In this document: positions 9,538-19,839 of the stretch, one piece after another | Layout: every line of letters begins with the position of its first letter | How positions within the stretch are numbered: position 1 is the first letter of the stretch | From: an uncultured Chthonomonadaceae bacterium | GTDB taxonomy: Bacteria > Armatimonadota > Chthonomonadetes > Chthonomonadales > Chthonomonadaceae | NCBI GenBank assembly: GCA_963817895.1 | Contig: CAWFQB010000004.1 | Span: forward strand, 832,001-896,000 | Reading direction: 5' to 3' | DNA length: 64,000 bases | Made by a program: the position numbers and the translations under genes | Notes under the pieces: generated by a model | The model's input: the letters and a program-made list of their open reading frames with translations, nothing else | Told to the model about the DNA's origin: nothing | The model's database searches: none

Positions 9538-11475
9538 ATGTTCGGCGAGAGTTCCTCAGAGATTTCATCCCCCAGCGGCGTAACCGCGCAGACAGGCGGC
9601 CTTGCGGTTGCGCCTTCATTAGAAGATACATTGATAACCGATGCCAGCGCGGCTACTCAGCCGCCTGTGGGCAGAGTGGTGGATCGCCGCACTCTGTTGT
9701 TAAGCGCAGTCGCGGCGGGAGTTGGGGTTGTAGCCGCGCTGATAGCCCGACTGCTGACAGCCCTGATCGGATTTGTTACCAACCTTGCTTACTACGGACG
9801 CTTTTCGACCCGGTTTGTCTCTCCCGCAGACCATCATCTGGGCGCGTTCGCGCTGATTGTACCCGCGATTGGCGGCTTGATTGTCGGCTTCATGGCGCGT
9901 TACGGTTCCAAAGCCATTCGGGGACACGGCATCCCCGAAGCGATGGAGCAAATTCTGACGAACCAGAGCCGTATTCCTCCTCGCATCACATTCCTGAAAC
10001 CGCTTTCCGCAGCGGTTGCGATTGGAACGGGAGGGCCGTTCGGCGCGGAGGGGCCAATTATCGCGACGGGCGGCGCGCTTGGCTCCGTTATCGGGCAACT
10101 ACTGCATATTACGGCGGTGGAGCGTAAAATTCTGCTGGCGGCGGGCGCGGCGGCGGGCATGACCGCAACGTTCGGCAGCCCTCTTGCCGCTGTCGTTCTT
10201 GCCATTGAATTGCTGCTGTTCGAGTTCCGCCCGCGCTCCCTGATTCCTGTGGCTCTAGCAAGCGTGGTTGCGACCGGAGTTCGCTATGTTCTGGTGGGTA
10301 CAGCCCCCGCGTTTCCCATGCCGGACCTGCTGCCGCCGGGGAGCGCGGCGTTGCTGTTTTATGCTGTTTTGGGCGCATTGATAGGAGTGGTTTCTGTCGG
10401 CGTAACGCGGCTGGTCTATGCCGTTGAGGATGCGTTTGAGCGGCTGCCGATTGGGTGGGTATGGTGGCCCGCGCTTGGCGGTCTTGTGGTGGGCGTGGTC
10501 GGCCTGATCGCGCCGCATACGTTGGGCGTCGGCTATGACAACATCGAGCATATTGTAGGCGGCACATTAACCGGTAAAGCAGTGCTGTTTCTCTGTCTGA
10601 TGAAACTGATTTCGTGGTCTATCTCGCTTGGAAGCGGCACATCCGGCGGCACGCTGGCCCCGTTGTTTACTATCGGTGGAGGATTGGGCGCAGTCTTGGG
10701 CGGTATGGCCGTCGCATTATTTCCGCAGGCGGGAATTGACCCGCGCATTGCCGCGCTGGTAGGCATGGCGGCGATTTTTGCCGGAGCTTCGCGCGCCCTG
10801 CTCGCCTCGGTGATTTTTGCCTTTGAAACCACGCGGCAACCCCTCGGATTGCTGCCTCTGCTTGGCGGCTGCACCCTCGCCTACATGGTATCCTGCCTGC
10901 TGATGAAGCAAACCATTATGACCGAAAAGATCGCCCGACGCGGCATTCGGGTTCCCACAGAATATGGGGCTGATTTTCTGGCTCAGGTGACGGTAGGAGC
11001 CGTCGCTTCCCATTCCGTTACCGTTTTGAAAGCGGAAGAGGATATTCAGAAGATACGCGCTTGGATGGATTCCAACGCGCCGGAAGCGCAGCATCAGGGG
11101 TATCCGGTTATAGACGAGCAGGAGCGGCTGGTTGGCGTTGTGACTCGGCGCGATTTGCTGGCGCCTCAACTTTCGCAGGAGTCGCAAGCAGGGGCGCGCG
11201 TGGCGCGCGATCTGGTTAGACGTTCGCCGGCAGTTATCTTTGAAGACAACTCATTGCGAGAAGCGTCCGACAAGATGGTTCGTGAACGTGTGGGACGCTT
11301 GCCAGTCGTTGCTCGGAAAGAGCCGGCCCGAGTAATCGGTATCCTCACGCGCAGCGATCTGCTACAGGCGCACAGCCAACGCCTGGAAGAGCATCACCAC
11401 CGCGCCCGACATATTCGGTTACGGCAACTTCACCCCCGTATGGCCGCGCAAGAGGGGGAAAAGACTCCTCGATGA
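9538..11475 (+). CDS. ClC family chloride channel/transporter with CBS domains
   Basis: GHGIPE, GGPFGAEGP, SGGTLAPLF, C-terminal CBS pair. Confidence 0.92.
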   Translation: MFGESSSEISSPSGVTAQTGGLAVAPSLEDTLITDASAATQPPVGRVVDRRTLLLSAVAAGVGVVAALIARLLTALIGFVTNLAYYGRFSTRFVSPADHHLGAFALIVPAIGGLIVGFMARYGSKAIRGHGIPEAMEQILTNQSRIPPRITFLKPLSAAVAIGTGGPFGAEGPIIATGGALGSVIGQLLHITAVERKILLAAGAAAGMTATFGSPLAAVVLAIELLLFEFRPRSLIPVALASVVATGVRYVLVGTAPAFPMPDLLPPGSAALLFYAVLGALIGVVSVGVTRLVYAVEDAFERLPIGWVWWPALGGLVVGVVGLIAPHTLGVGYDNIEHIVGGTLTGKAVLFLCLMKLISWSISLGSGTSGGTLAPLFTIGGGLGAVLGGMAVALFPQAGIDPRIAALVGMAAIFAGASRALLASVIFAFETTRQPLGLLPLLGGCTLAYMVSCLLMKQTIMTEKIARRGIRVPTEYGADFLAQVTVGAVASHSVTVLKAEEDIQKIRAWMDSNAPEAQHQGYPVIDEQERLVGVVTRRDLLAPQLSQESQAGARVARDLVRRSPAVIFEDNSLREASDKMVRERVGRLPVVARKEPARVIGILTRSDLLQAHSQRLEEHHHRARHIRLRQLHPRMAAQEGEKTPR

Positions 11476-11551
11476 TGTTCCCACACTGTTTGGAACAGCG
11501 CGGGAACATTCCTGTGGTGGAACGTGTCGGCAGGAAACAGGAGGACAGACA

Positions 11552-11965
11552 ATGCCGGACGTAACAGGAATTCTGGAAACATCGCTATATGTTTCGGACA
11601 TAGATCGCTCTACGCGGTTTTATCAGCAGCTATTCGGGTTTGAAGTGATTCTGGAGGAAGAGCGGCTTCATGCCCTGAGCGTGGCGGGGCGGAATGTGCT
11701 GCTGCTGTTCAAGCGGGGCGCGTCCACGCAGCCGAGCGAATACCCCGGCGGCATCGTTCCGCCACACGACGGACAGGGGACACAGCATATCGCGTTCGCC
11801 ATTCCCCGTGAAGAATTGGAAAATTGGCGCGAACGCCTACAGCAATTGAATATCCCGATTGAGAGCGAAGTTCACCCTGAACGCGGTGGCACAAGTCTTT
11901 ATTTCCGCGATCCCGACGGTCACAGCCTCGAAGTCGCCACGCCGGGAATATGGACGATCTATTGA
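11552..11965 (+). CDS. VOC/glyoxalase family protein
   Basis: ILETSLYV, HIAFAI, LYFRDPDGHSLE. Confidence 0.88.
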   Translation: MPDVTGILETSLYVSDIDRSTRFYQQLFGFEVILEEERLHALSVAGRNVLLLFKRGASTQPSEYPGGIVPPHDGQGTQHIAFAIPREELENWRERLQQLNIPIESEVHPERGGTSLYFRDPDGHSLEVATPGIWTIY

Positions 11966-12029
11966 GGAGGTAGATAAGTAGATGGGTAGCCGGCATTTCT
12001 ACCATCTACCCATCTACTTATCTACCTCC
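11966..12029. repeat. 24-bp perfect inverted repeat built of GTAGATR-type 8-mers; possible bidirectional terminator
   Basis: ggaggtagataagtagatgggtag (11966-11989) pairs with ctacccatctacttatctacctcc (12006-12029), between the convergent VOC gene and queD. Confidence 0.85.
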
Positions 12030-12379
12030 CCTGTATATACACACCCACTGGTACACGTTTCCTGCACCACGATTTTACTGAGCAGGGGCAGGGTGGGGCC
12101 AAGTCGGTTCCATACCCAACGGGCAAGGTTTTCGCTCGTTGGGTTTTCCAGGCCTTCAATGTCATTGAGGTAGTTGTGGTCTAGCAGATCAAAGAGTGGC
12201 TGAAAGGCGGCTTTCAGGTCGGCAAAATCCATGACCCAACCTGTATGCGGATGAACCGGGCCACGCACATGCACTTCAATTCCGAACGAATGGCCGTGCA
12301 GACGGGCGCATTTGTGGCCGTCCGGCACATTGGGCAGACGGTGCGCGGCTTCAATGGTAAAGACTTTGTAGATTTCCAT
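12014..12379 (-). CDS. queD: 6-carboxy-5,6,7,8-tetrahydropterin synthase
   Basis: [49 protein letters not shown]. Confidence 0.95.
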   Translation of the reverse strand: MEIYKVFTIEAAHRLPNVPDGHKCARLHGHSFGIEVHVRGPVHPHTGWVMDFADLKAAFQPLFDLLDHNYLNDIEGLENPTSENLARWVWNRLGPTLPLLSKIVVQETCTSGCVYTGEVDK

Positions 12380-12468
12380 ACCTCTATGATACCGCTTCCC
12401 CGCGAAAATCGGTTTCCTGTGAGGAAGTGAGGCGGCGGAAGTTCCTGTACGGTATGGAAGCGGAGGAT

Positions 12469-13323
12469 TTAAGAGGAAGCAGAAGCGTAAACGCCGTTGT
12501 AAACAAACTCGGCGGGGCCGGTCATCTGTATGGTTTGACTGGGCTGCCACGAAATGCTGAGTTCGCCGCCCTTGCTGGAAATGGTAACGGGTTTGTCGGG
12601 TGGAACCAAGCCTTTTACGATTGCCGCCACTGCGGATGCGCAGGCCCCGGTTCCACAACCCCACGTTTCCCCCGCGCCCCGTTCCCAAATGCGCAACTTC
12701 AAGCGCGACACGCCCTCACGCTCGCACCACATCAAACTGGTTCGTTCCGGGAACAACGAGTGGTGTTCCACCTGCGGACTGAGCGCGAAAAATTCCAGAT
12801 CGTTCGGCAAAGTCGGCACAAATGCCATTGTGTGCGTACTTCCCGTTGATAAAGCCGTAACAGTCAGAATTTGGCCGTCTTCCAACTCCAGCGGGTAATC
12901 CACAACCGGATTGAGCGCGACGCGCATGGGAATGTCCTGCGGCTCAAAACGCGGCAGTCCCATATCTACGCGAACCGCGTAAATCGTTCCTGCCCCATCG
13001 CGCAACACTTCTGCCGAACGAACGCCTGCCAGCGTCTGCACGTTCAGTATATCTGTTTGTACAATGCCGCGCTCTACCGCGAAACGCGCCAGACAGCGCA
13101 GGCCATTGCCGCACACATCCGGCGACCCATCCGGGTTGTACATCCGCATCAGAATGTCGGCAACAGGGGATGCATCCAGAACGAGCAGGCCGTCCGCGCC
13201 GACTCCCCGTTGTCGGTCGCACATCTCGACAGCCAGAGCGGGCCAGTTCTCTTTCCCGCGCCCATCCACGACCACAAAGTCGTTGCCCACGCCCTGCATT
13301 TTCGTAAACGGCACATCCGCCAA
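12469..13323 (-). CDS. dapF: diaminopimelate epimerase
   Basis: [42 protein letters not shown] start after a CAGGAG RBS. Confidence 0.93.
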   Translation of the reverse strand: MADVPFTKMQGVGNDFVVVDGRGKENWPALAVEMCDRQRGVGADGLLVLDASPVADILMRMYNPDGSPDVCGNGLRCLARFAVERGIVQTDILNVQTLAGVRSAEVLRDGAGTIYAVRVDMGLPRFEPQDIPMRVALNPVVDYPLELEDGQILTVTALSTGSTHTMAFVPTLPNDLEFFALSPQVEHHSLFPERTSLMWCEREGVSRLKLRIWERGAGETWGCGTGACASAVAAIVKGLVPPDKPVTISSKGGELSISWQPSQTIQMTGPAEFVYNGVYASASS

Positions 13324-13345
13324 ATTACACTCCTGAAAAATGCTT

Positions 13346-13494
13346 TCACCACAGAGGCACAGAGACACAGAGGTTTCACAGAGGAGAAAAGGAGAAAAGG
13401 AGAAAAGGAAAAAAGGAGAAATTAAACAATTCTTCTCTTTCTTTCCCTCTTCATTTCTCTGTGAAACCTCTGTGTCTCTGTGCCTCTGTGGTGA
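13346..13494. repeat. 38-bp perfect inverted repeat (CACAGAG units) enclosing an AGGAGAAA tandem tract
   Basis: tcaccacagaggcacagagacacagaggtttcacagag (13346-13383) has an exact reverse complement at 13457-13494. Confidence 0.92.
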
Positions 13495-13498
13495 GAGA

Positions 13499-14377
13499 TT
13501 AGCCTTTCAACGCTTCCGCGCCGCCAACGATTTCGGAAATTTCCCGCGTGATGCCGGCCTGCCGCGCCCGGTTCAATTGCAGGGTCAGCGTACTGATCAT
13601 TTTGCCCGCATTGTCGGTTGCGGAACTCATGGCGGTCATGCGCGAACCGTGTTCGCTGGCGGTGGCTTCCAGAATCGCCTGATAAACTTGTCCCTCCACA
13701 TAGCGCGGCAAAAGAGCGGCCAGCAGTTCGTCGGCGGACGGCTCGAAGATATAGTCTTCCTGTTCGCCGCTCTGAGTGGGGGTTGCTTCTTCCACTGTGG
13801 GCGTCTGGATGGGCAGCAATTGTACATCCATCGGCTTCTGCGTAATGGCGGTGTAGAAGCGGGTATACAGCAGGAAAAGCTGGTCTATCTCTTCAGTTTC
13901 AAACGCCTGCCGGACGATGCGGGTAATGTCTTTGGCTTCGGCATAGGACAGGCCGGTGTTGGGAATGGTGAATTCCTGCGCCACGTTGTAACCACGCCGT
14001 CGGAAGAACTGAATGCCTTTTTTGCCGACGAGATATAGCTTAACGCGGTCTTTGTCGTACTCTCGCAGCAATTCGTTGGCGCGGCGCAGCATGGCCGAGT
14101 TGTAGGAACCGGCAAGTCCGCGATCCGAGGTGACGATGAGAAAACCGATGTTGCGCGGCGTCCGTGAAGCGAGCAGGGGATGCTTGATTTCGCCGCCTAC
14201 TGCCGTTGCCAGACTGGTCATCATTTCGCGCATGGTTTCGGCGTATGGACGCGCCGCTTGTACGCGATCCTGCGCCTTTTTGAGTCGCGCCACCGCGACC
14301 ATTTTCATCGCTTTGGTAATCTGCTGAATGTTTTTGGCGACTTTGATCCGCTGTCGCACCTGTCGTATGGTTGCCAT
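13499..14377 (-). CDS. atpG: ATP synthase F1 gamma subunit
   Basis: NIQQITKAMKMVA, SDRGLAGSYN, SEHGSRMTAM, NRARQAGITREISEIVGGA. Confidence 0.97.
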   Translation of the reverse strand: MATIRQVRQRIKVAKNIQQITKAMKMVAVARLKKAQDRVQAARPYAETMREMMTSLATAVGGEIKHPLLASRTPRNIGFLIVTSDRGLAGSYNSAMLRRANELLREYDKDRVKLYLVGKKGIQFFRRRGYNVAQEFTIPNTGLSYAEAKDITRIVRQAFETEEIDQLFLLYTRFYTAITQKPMDVQLLPIQTPTVEEATPTQSGEQEDYIFEPSADELLAALLPRYVEGQVYQAILEATASEHGSRMTAMSSATDNAGKMISTLTLQLNRARQAGITREISEIVGGAEALKG

Positions 14378-14532
14378 ATCAAATCCTTGTCAAACTACGA
14401 ATGAAGTAAACTGCAAAATATCGAACCGCAAAGACGCAAAAGAAACCAAAGAGTAGCAATCACGCTACACGGTTCAGAATATGCTTACATGCGAATTGCT
14501 CAACTTTGCTTCGCATTTCATCTTCGGAAGCG

Positions 14533-14667
14533 TCAGAAAGCCGCATCCTCTACAAACTCACGTCCTCCAGCCATGTCAGGATGAGACGTAAGAATATGCC
14601 CGTTCCATGTGTGGTCGTGAAGGACGCAGGTACGCCCAAGCGGGTCAATGAGAGTTGTATCCGCCAC
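14533..14667 (-). pseudogene. possible truncated toxin-like ORF (RelE/PBECR-like N-terminus)
   Basis: GAGG RBS, then VADTTLIDPLGRTCVLHDHTWNGHILTSHPDM...AAF* (44 aa). The DPLGR...W.HI..HP.M pattern resembles small RelE/PBECR-like toxins. Confidence 0.35.
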
Positions 14668-14770
14668 TATTATTCTACCTCGTTTTGTCAGGAGTGGAGA
14701 AATGCCGCTTATCTACATGGTCGTAGTTCGCGTCTGATGCGCTACCAACTTTCTGACAGCAACTGCGCTT

Positions 14771-15340
14771 TCATAAACCGTATTCCGCTCTTACATTGTT
14801 CAACATATGCGCGTGCCAGGTTTTCTCATCCGACAGCGCGGGCGGATCAATATCACGAATCGCTTGCTCGTATCTTGTTGTATACTTGCGCCCTTTCTCT
14901 TTCCGTTCTCCAGCACATCCTTCTATCTCTATATCGTATATCTCTTCCGTAACGACACAACACTCTGCGTAATGCTGAATGGACGAATTGACAAAGATCA
15001 CTTCTTTCTCGCGTTCGGGGTCTGCTATGACTACAACCACTTGCCCGTTCTGTTCTTCGTCAAGACATTGATATACCCATCCGCCTATCTCTCCAAGTAC
15101 GCGATAACGCGCAAAAGAAGCCGGGAGTGGCCCTGTCTCAGACACGAGTTCCGTAAGACGCGGGAGAGTGGGCGTTATCGTGCTATAGTAAATAGCTCTA
15201 GCAAGTCCCGCTTGATTTAGAAACTGCTTGGTCTCTTCCGGCAGATTGGTTTTCTGTAGCGTGCTTTTGCGGATGCGTACCATGTCGCCCATATCCTTGC
15301 CCCATTTGCGCCATGCCTTTATGAGTTCCTCAGAAGTCAT
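14771..15340 (-). CDS. SUKH-4 family immunity protein
   Basis: LPEETKQFLNQAGL, YRVLGE, CLDEEQNGQVV, FVNSSIQHY, IDPPAL...W. Lower GC than the flanks. Start could be as far up as 15409. Confidence 0.72.
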   Translation of the reverse strand: MTSEELIKAWRKWGKDMGDMVRIRKSTLQKTNLPEETKQFLNQAGLARAIYYSTITPTLPRLTELVSETGPLPASFARYRVLGEIGGWVYQCLDEEQNGQVVVVIADPEREKEVIFVNSSIQHYAECCVVTEEIYDIEIEGCAGERKEKGRKYTTRYEQAIRDIDPPALSDEKTWHAHMLNNVRAEYGL

Positions 15341-15486
15341 CGCTGCCGCTCCATCAACTGTCCACAGCAACCATCCTGCAAAAAATATTTGTGAAAAAGT
15401 GCCGAACAAAGCGAAAAACTCGAAACCTTCGCCTTACTCCTTCTGTCTACAAGATACAAACGTCTACCGGTAGCCTTTCCCCACAA

Positions 15487-15538
15487 GTTCCCCTTCTCCC
15501 AGGCTTTTTTGGGAGAAGGGGTTAGGGGTTGAGGGCTA
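15487..15538 (-). repeat. TAGCCCTCAACCCCTAACCCCTTCTCCCA...TGGGAGAAGGGGAAC palindromic repeat
   Basis: Arms near-identical to the copy at 21862-21943, with a different loop. Confidence 0.85.
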
Positions 15539-15803
15539 CTTATAATAGGTTCTAAACAGCCATGTGGCGGGACATTGCGAATTCGCAGTTCCTGACAACC
15601 TGACAACTAACAACCTGACCCGGAAGGGAGGCGCAAGAAGATGCCTGTACACACCCGTTCGCCTTAACACTTTCGAGGTCACGACGCCTCTTCTTAAAAA
15701 CTTGACACAACGAGACACTGGGCTGGAAGCGCTGCATTGCCAATATTTCGACGCTGTCTCTACATACTCTCTTTTTTCTGCATACCCATTGCCCAACGTA
15801 ATT

Positions 15804-17075
15804 CTACCTTGTTTTGGTGCGGACGGCGGACAGCAGTTCGTCTACGAGGGCGTTGTTGGCTCCGGTTGGGTCGTTCGGGTAGCGGTCAGCAATGTCTAAG
15901 GCGAAACGGCGGAACTCGTCGAGCGATACGGCGCGTTTGCCGTTCTTTTCGGACAGGTAGGACGCGCCTACGATGGCGGAACAGTCGGCCCCGAATTGCG
16001 CGGTCATTATGCTTTGCTGGTTGTTCAGGATGCACTGGACCATGTTCTGGATTTCGCCATAAAACGAGGACGGCCAGTGCTGCCAGTTGGAACCGGACGC
16101 GCGGAACCGGCGGGTTTCCTGTCCTTTGATGTCGCACACGACGGCGAAACGCTTGCCGTCCTCCTGAACCATTTTGATGCTTCCGGTTGTGCCGATGTAC
16201 GCCGTATCGGGCGAATCCTGTTCGCTCCACGAGCCTTCGACGTGCGCGGTTGTCCAGGCGTTGGTTTTGGCGTCCTCAAAGCGGATGAGAATATGGGCGT
16301 CGTCGTCTACCGTGATGTGCTGGTATTTGCCGTCAATGATGCGGTCGGGCATACGGATGCTCATGCCGTACGGCGCGGCGGCTTTTACCAGCGTAGGCGT
16401 TTTGTCCAGTCCGGCAATGTACCACGCCGCGCCGATGGCATGGATGCCGTTGTCAAGCAACGCGCCGCCGCCGCCGAAATCGGAGTTCCAGAAGCGGGGA
16501 TTGCCCTCCGGCCCGCCGTGCGCCTGCGTCAGAAACATCATGGTCAGTTCGCCGATAGCGCCCGCGTCCACCAGTTTCTTGACCGTGTAGTAGTCCGGCT
16601 CGAACAGCCAGTTCTCGTTGTGCTGATAAAATTTGCCCGTGCGCTCAATCGTCTGTATCAATTGCTGCGACTCCAGCCAACTGCGCGAAATGGGTTTTTC
16701 GCACATGACGTGGAACCCGGCTTCCAATGCTTGAATTGCAAGCGGCGTATGCAGCAGGGGTTGGGTGCAGATGTCAACCAGATCGGGCTTGATAATCTCA
16801 ATCACTTCGCTGATGTCGTCGCAAAGCTGAATGGTTTCCAGATCGGATTCCAGACGCTCGGCTGCAAGGATGTCATTGGCTTCCAGCGCCTGCCGAATTT
16901 TCGCTTCCATCAATCCCTGATACTTTTTATAGGCGAGGTCGAGGGCGATTTTATCCGGGTCGCACAGAGCGACAAGCTGCGCGGCGGCAATATCCGGGTA
17001 GCAGGGCAGATGCGCCCCGCGAAAAATGTTGCCTGTGCCAATGGCGGCAACGCGAACGCGCGGCGCGGCTTCCAT
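15804..17075 (-). CDS. Gfo/Idh/MocA oxidoreductase (own RBS/ATG, but in frame with the upstream PspA-like ORF)
   Basis: VAAIGTGNI, HVMCEKPIS, GGGALLDNGIH. AAGGAG RBS upstream of ATG 17075. Confidence 0.88.
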   Translation of the reverse strand: MEAAPRVRVAAIGTGNIFRGAHLPCYPDIAAAQLVALCDPDKIALDLAYKKYQGLMEAKIRQALEANDILAAERLESDLETIQLCDDISEVIEIIKPDLVDICTQPLLHTPLAIQALEAGFHVMCEKPISRSWLESQQLIQTIERTGKFYQHNENWLFEPDYYTVKKLVDAGAIGELTMMFLTQAHGGPEGNPRFWNSDFGGGGALLDNGIHAIGAAWYIAGLDKTPTLVKAAAPYGMSIRMPDRIIDGKYQHITVDDDAHILIRFEDAKTNAWTTAHVEGSWSEQDSPDTAYIGTTGSIKMVQEDGKRFAVVCDIKGQETRRFRASGSNWQHWPSSFYGEIQNMVQCILNNQQSIMTAQFGADCSAIVGASYLSEKNGKRAVSLDEFRRFALDIADRYPNDPTGANNALVDELLSAVRTKTR

Positions 17076-18020
17076 GCGTGAAGTCTCCTTGCGAATCAGG
17101 TGGGTGGTATTTGGTGTTCGGTGTTCGGTGTTCGGTGTTCGGTTCGGCGATTGGGATGGTTCTGCTGTAAGTTCGTTTTCACCCTCAATGGTTTCGGCAG
17201 GGGATAGCGTCAGAGGCTGCGCGGCAATCTGAGCAACATCGCTTTTGCCCGGATCAACATCCGCGCCGGAATGAGCCTGTTCGGACTGTGTCATGCCAGT
17301 ATGCGCAGACGTGTTGGGCGCGGCATCCAGTTCAAGGTAACTGGCGCGGGCGGGAGGCAATTGCGGCGTTTGGGGAGATGCGACCGCTAATCCGAGATGC
17401 TGTTCCAGCGCGGCAAGCATCTGTTCGGCGTTCTGGTCATTATCAAGGGTTGGTTTTCCTGTGTCCTGTGTCCTGATGCCTGTTCCCTGTGCTGTTGTCG
17501 CCTGATTGCCTCGTGATGCGGTGACTTCTTCCCGCGCCTGCGCTTCCCGCGTCAGGTCAGCGATTTTACTGCTGGCGCGATCCCACAGGCTATCGGTTTC
17601 ACCCCCGCCGCCCGGTACATTAGCTTCCACCTGCGCGGCGGTAAACCGGGTATACCGCGCCTGTAATTCGTTGATGGTACGCAGCAGCGTGGCTTCGTCT
17701 TCTGGCAGGCGGATTTTGGCGGACTCGGCTTCCATTTGCGCCTGCGTCAACTGTGCGTCGCGTCCGCTCCAATTCTGCGGCAACGCGCGTTTGTTCCTGT
17801 TGTATTTCGTGCTGCAAGCCGGGGTTCTGCGCCCGTTCCGCCAGCGACTGCCGCGATCCAGTTCTGCGATTCGCTGTTCCAGCCGGGTCGCGTCCGCCTG
17901 AACTTTGTCGCGATACATCACGCGCAAAACGACGCTCTCGCGCAGGTCGCGCAAGGCGTCGCGTATTTCGGCCACTTGTTCACGAAGCGCCTGTTCCGGG
18001 GTTTGGCCGGGTTCGGGCAT
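17076..18020 (-). CDS. PspA/IM30-like coiled-coil region plus long linker, read through into the oxidoreductase
   Basis: Heptad-rich helical N-terminus (LREQVAEIRDALRDLRE...LEQRIAEL; DSLWDRASSKIADL...AQAREEV). Two compensating indels near 17760-17855 garble about 30 aa. Confidence 0.5.
17113..17145. repeat. (GGTGTTC)4 tandem heptamer inside a coding linker
   Basis: Four perfect units plus a partial unit; encodes PNRTPNTEHRTPN on the minus strand. Confidence 0.9.
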
Positions 18021-18032
18021 GGGGGAGCTCCG

Positions 18033-18119
18033 GGGAGTAGGTTGTAGGGAGTAGGACACTGCACAAGTTGAACAAGGCTTTTCCTACTCCCTACAACCTA
18101 CTCCCTACTCTCTACACTA
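18033..18119. repeat. TAGGGAG-heptamer hairpin (24-bp perfect IR) after the atpA stop
   Basis: gggagtaggttgtagggagtagga (18033-18056) pairs with 18082-18105. The repeat continues to the atpA TAG. Confidence 0.9.
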
Positions 18120-19821
18120 CGGCTTGAACTGCGCCTTAAACGCGGTAATGGCTTTCACGAGGCCGTCTTCCGTGTCTTTGTCCAGTTCTTTGGTGCGGCG
18201 CAATTTTTCCATGATGTCGGGGTAGCTTTCCGCCATGAACGGGTGGAACTGCTCCTCGAACTTGCGGATGGACGCGACGGGAATATCATCCAGAAAGCCG
18301 TTGTTGCCGGCATAGATGATCGTCACCTGCTGCTCGACGGGCATCGGATGGAAGGCGGGCTGCTTCAGCACTTCCACGAGCCGCAGGCCACGCTCCAACT
18401 GGTCGCGGGTCGCTTTATCAAGGTCGGACGCGAACTGCGAGAACGCCTGAACTTCGCGGAACTGCGCGAGTTGCAGGCGCATGTTGCCGCCCACTTTGCT
18501 GCCCTTCATTGCCGATACCTGCGCGGAACGTCCCACGCGGGATACCGAAATGCCGACGTTGATGGCGGGACGGACGCCCGAATAAAACAGGTCGGGTTCC
18601 AGGAAGATCTGCCCGTCCGTAATCGAAATCACGTTTGTCGGAATATACGCGGATACGTCCGAGGCCTGCGTTTCGATGATGGGAAGCGCGGTCAGGCTGC
18701 CGCCCGTTCCGGGAAGCATACGGATTTCCAGATCGTCCGCGTTGGGCATGGAAGCGAGTTCGGTTTTGGCGTGGTCGCGGCCTTCGCTGCTCTGGTAAAT
18801 TTTGCCGTCTACGCCCGTTTTCTCGCCGCCGTCCGCTTCCTTGTTCACGATGATGTAGTCTTCGCGGATTTTGGCAGGCGCGCTCCAGCAGGCGCGAATG
18901 GATGTAGAACACGTCGCCAGGATACGCTTCGCGTCCCGGCGGGCGGCGCAACAGCAGGGATACCTGGCGATACGCGACCGCGTGTTTGGAAAGGTCATCG
19001 TACACGACAAGCGCGTGCTGGCCCTTATCGCGGAAGTATTCGCCAAGCGTCGCGCCGGTGTAGGGCGCGATATATTGCAGCGGGGCGGGATCGGCGGCGG
19101 TGGCGGCTACGATAATCGTATAATCCAGCGCACCCGCCTCTTCCAGAATGTTGCGGACGTTTTGAACCGTTGTGGCTTTCTGGCCGATGGCGACATAGAT
19201 ACAGATAACATCGCCGCCCTTCTGGTTGATAATCGTGTCCAGCGCGACAGCGGTTTTGCCGATGCCACGGTCGCCGATAATCAACTCGCGCTGCCCTCTG
19301 CCAATCGGCACAAGGGCGTCAACGGCCTTCAAGCCCGTTTGCAGCGGCTGCTTCACAGGTTGGCGATCTACAACACCGGGCGCGCCCGCTTCGACATACG
19401 CATTCTGAGTGGTGATAATCGGACCTTTGCCATCCAACGGATCGCCGACAGCGTTGATAAGGCGGCCAAGCATGGCCTCGCCCACCGGCACTTCAATGAT
19501 CTTGCCGGTGCGTCGAACCGTCGTGCCTTCCTTAATTTGCGTGTCTGAGCCAAGAATGATCGCGCCGACGTTATCCTCTTCCAGGTTCAGGGCGAGGGCG
19601 CGAATGGAGGCTCCGTTTTCATCCGCGATGACGTTGTTGTCAACGTCCACGAATTCCAGCAGTTCCGATACCATGCAGTCCTTCAAGCCGTAAACGCGGG
19701 CAATACCGTCGCCGACTTGCAGCACGGTTCCCACGCCCACTTCGGCAAGCTGGTCGCGCTTGTTATATGTTTCGAGTTCACGCTCCAGAATGGAGGTGAT
19801 TTCTTCCGGGCGAATAGCCAT
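18117..19821 (-). CDS. atpA: ATP synthase F1 alpha subunit (apparent frameshift near 18878)
   Basis: [40 protein letters not shown]; the second frame gives [27 protein letters not shown]. Confidence 0.95.
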
Positions 19822-19839
19822 AAGTGTTTTCCTTCGATG

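Noticed and set aside
18117..19821. atpA and other split genes as true pseudogenes or programmed frameshifts
   Set aside because: Single indels with intact flanking motifs, no slippery sites, and high window-wide frequency favour sequencing error.
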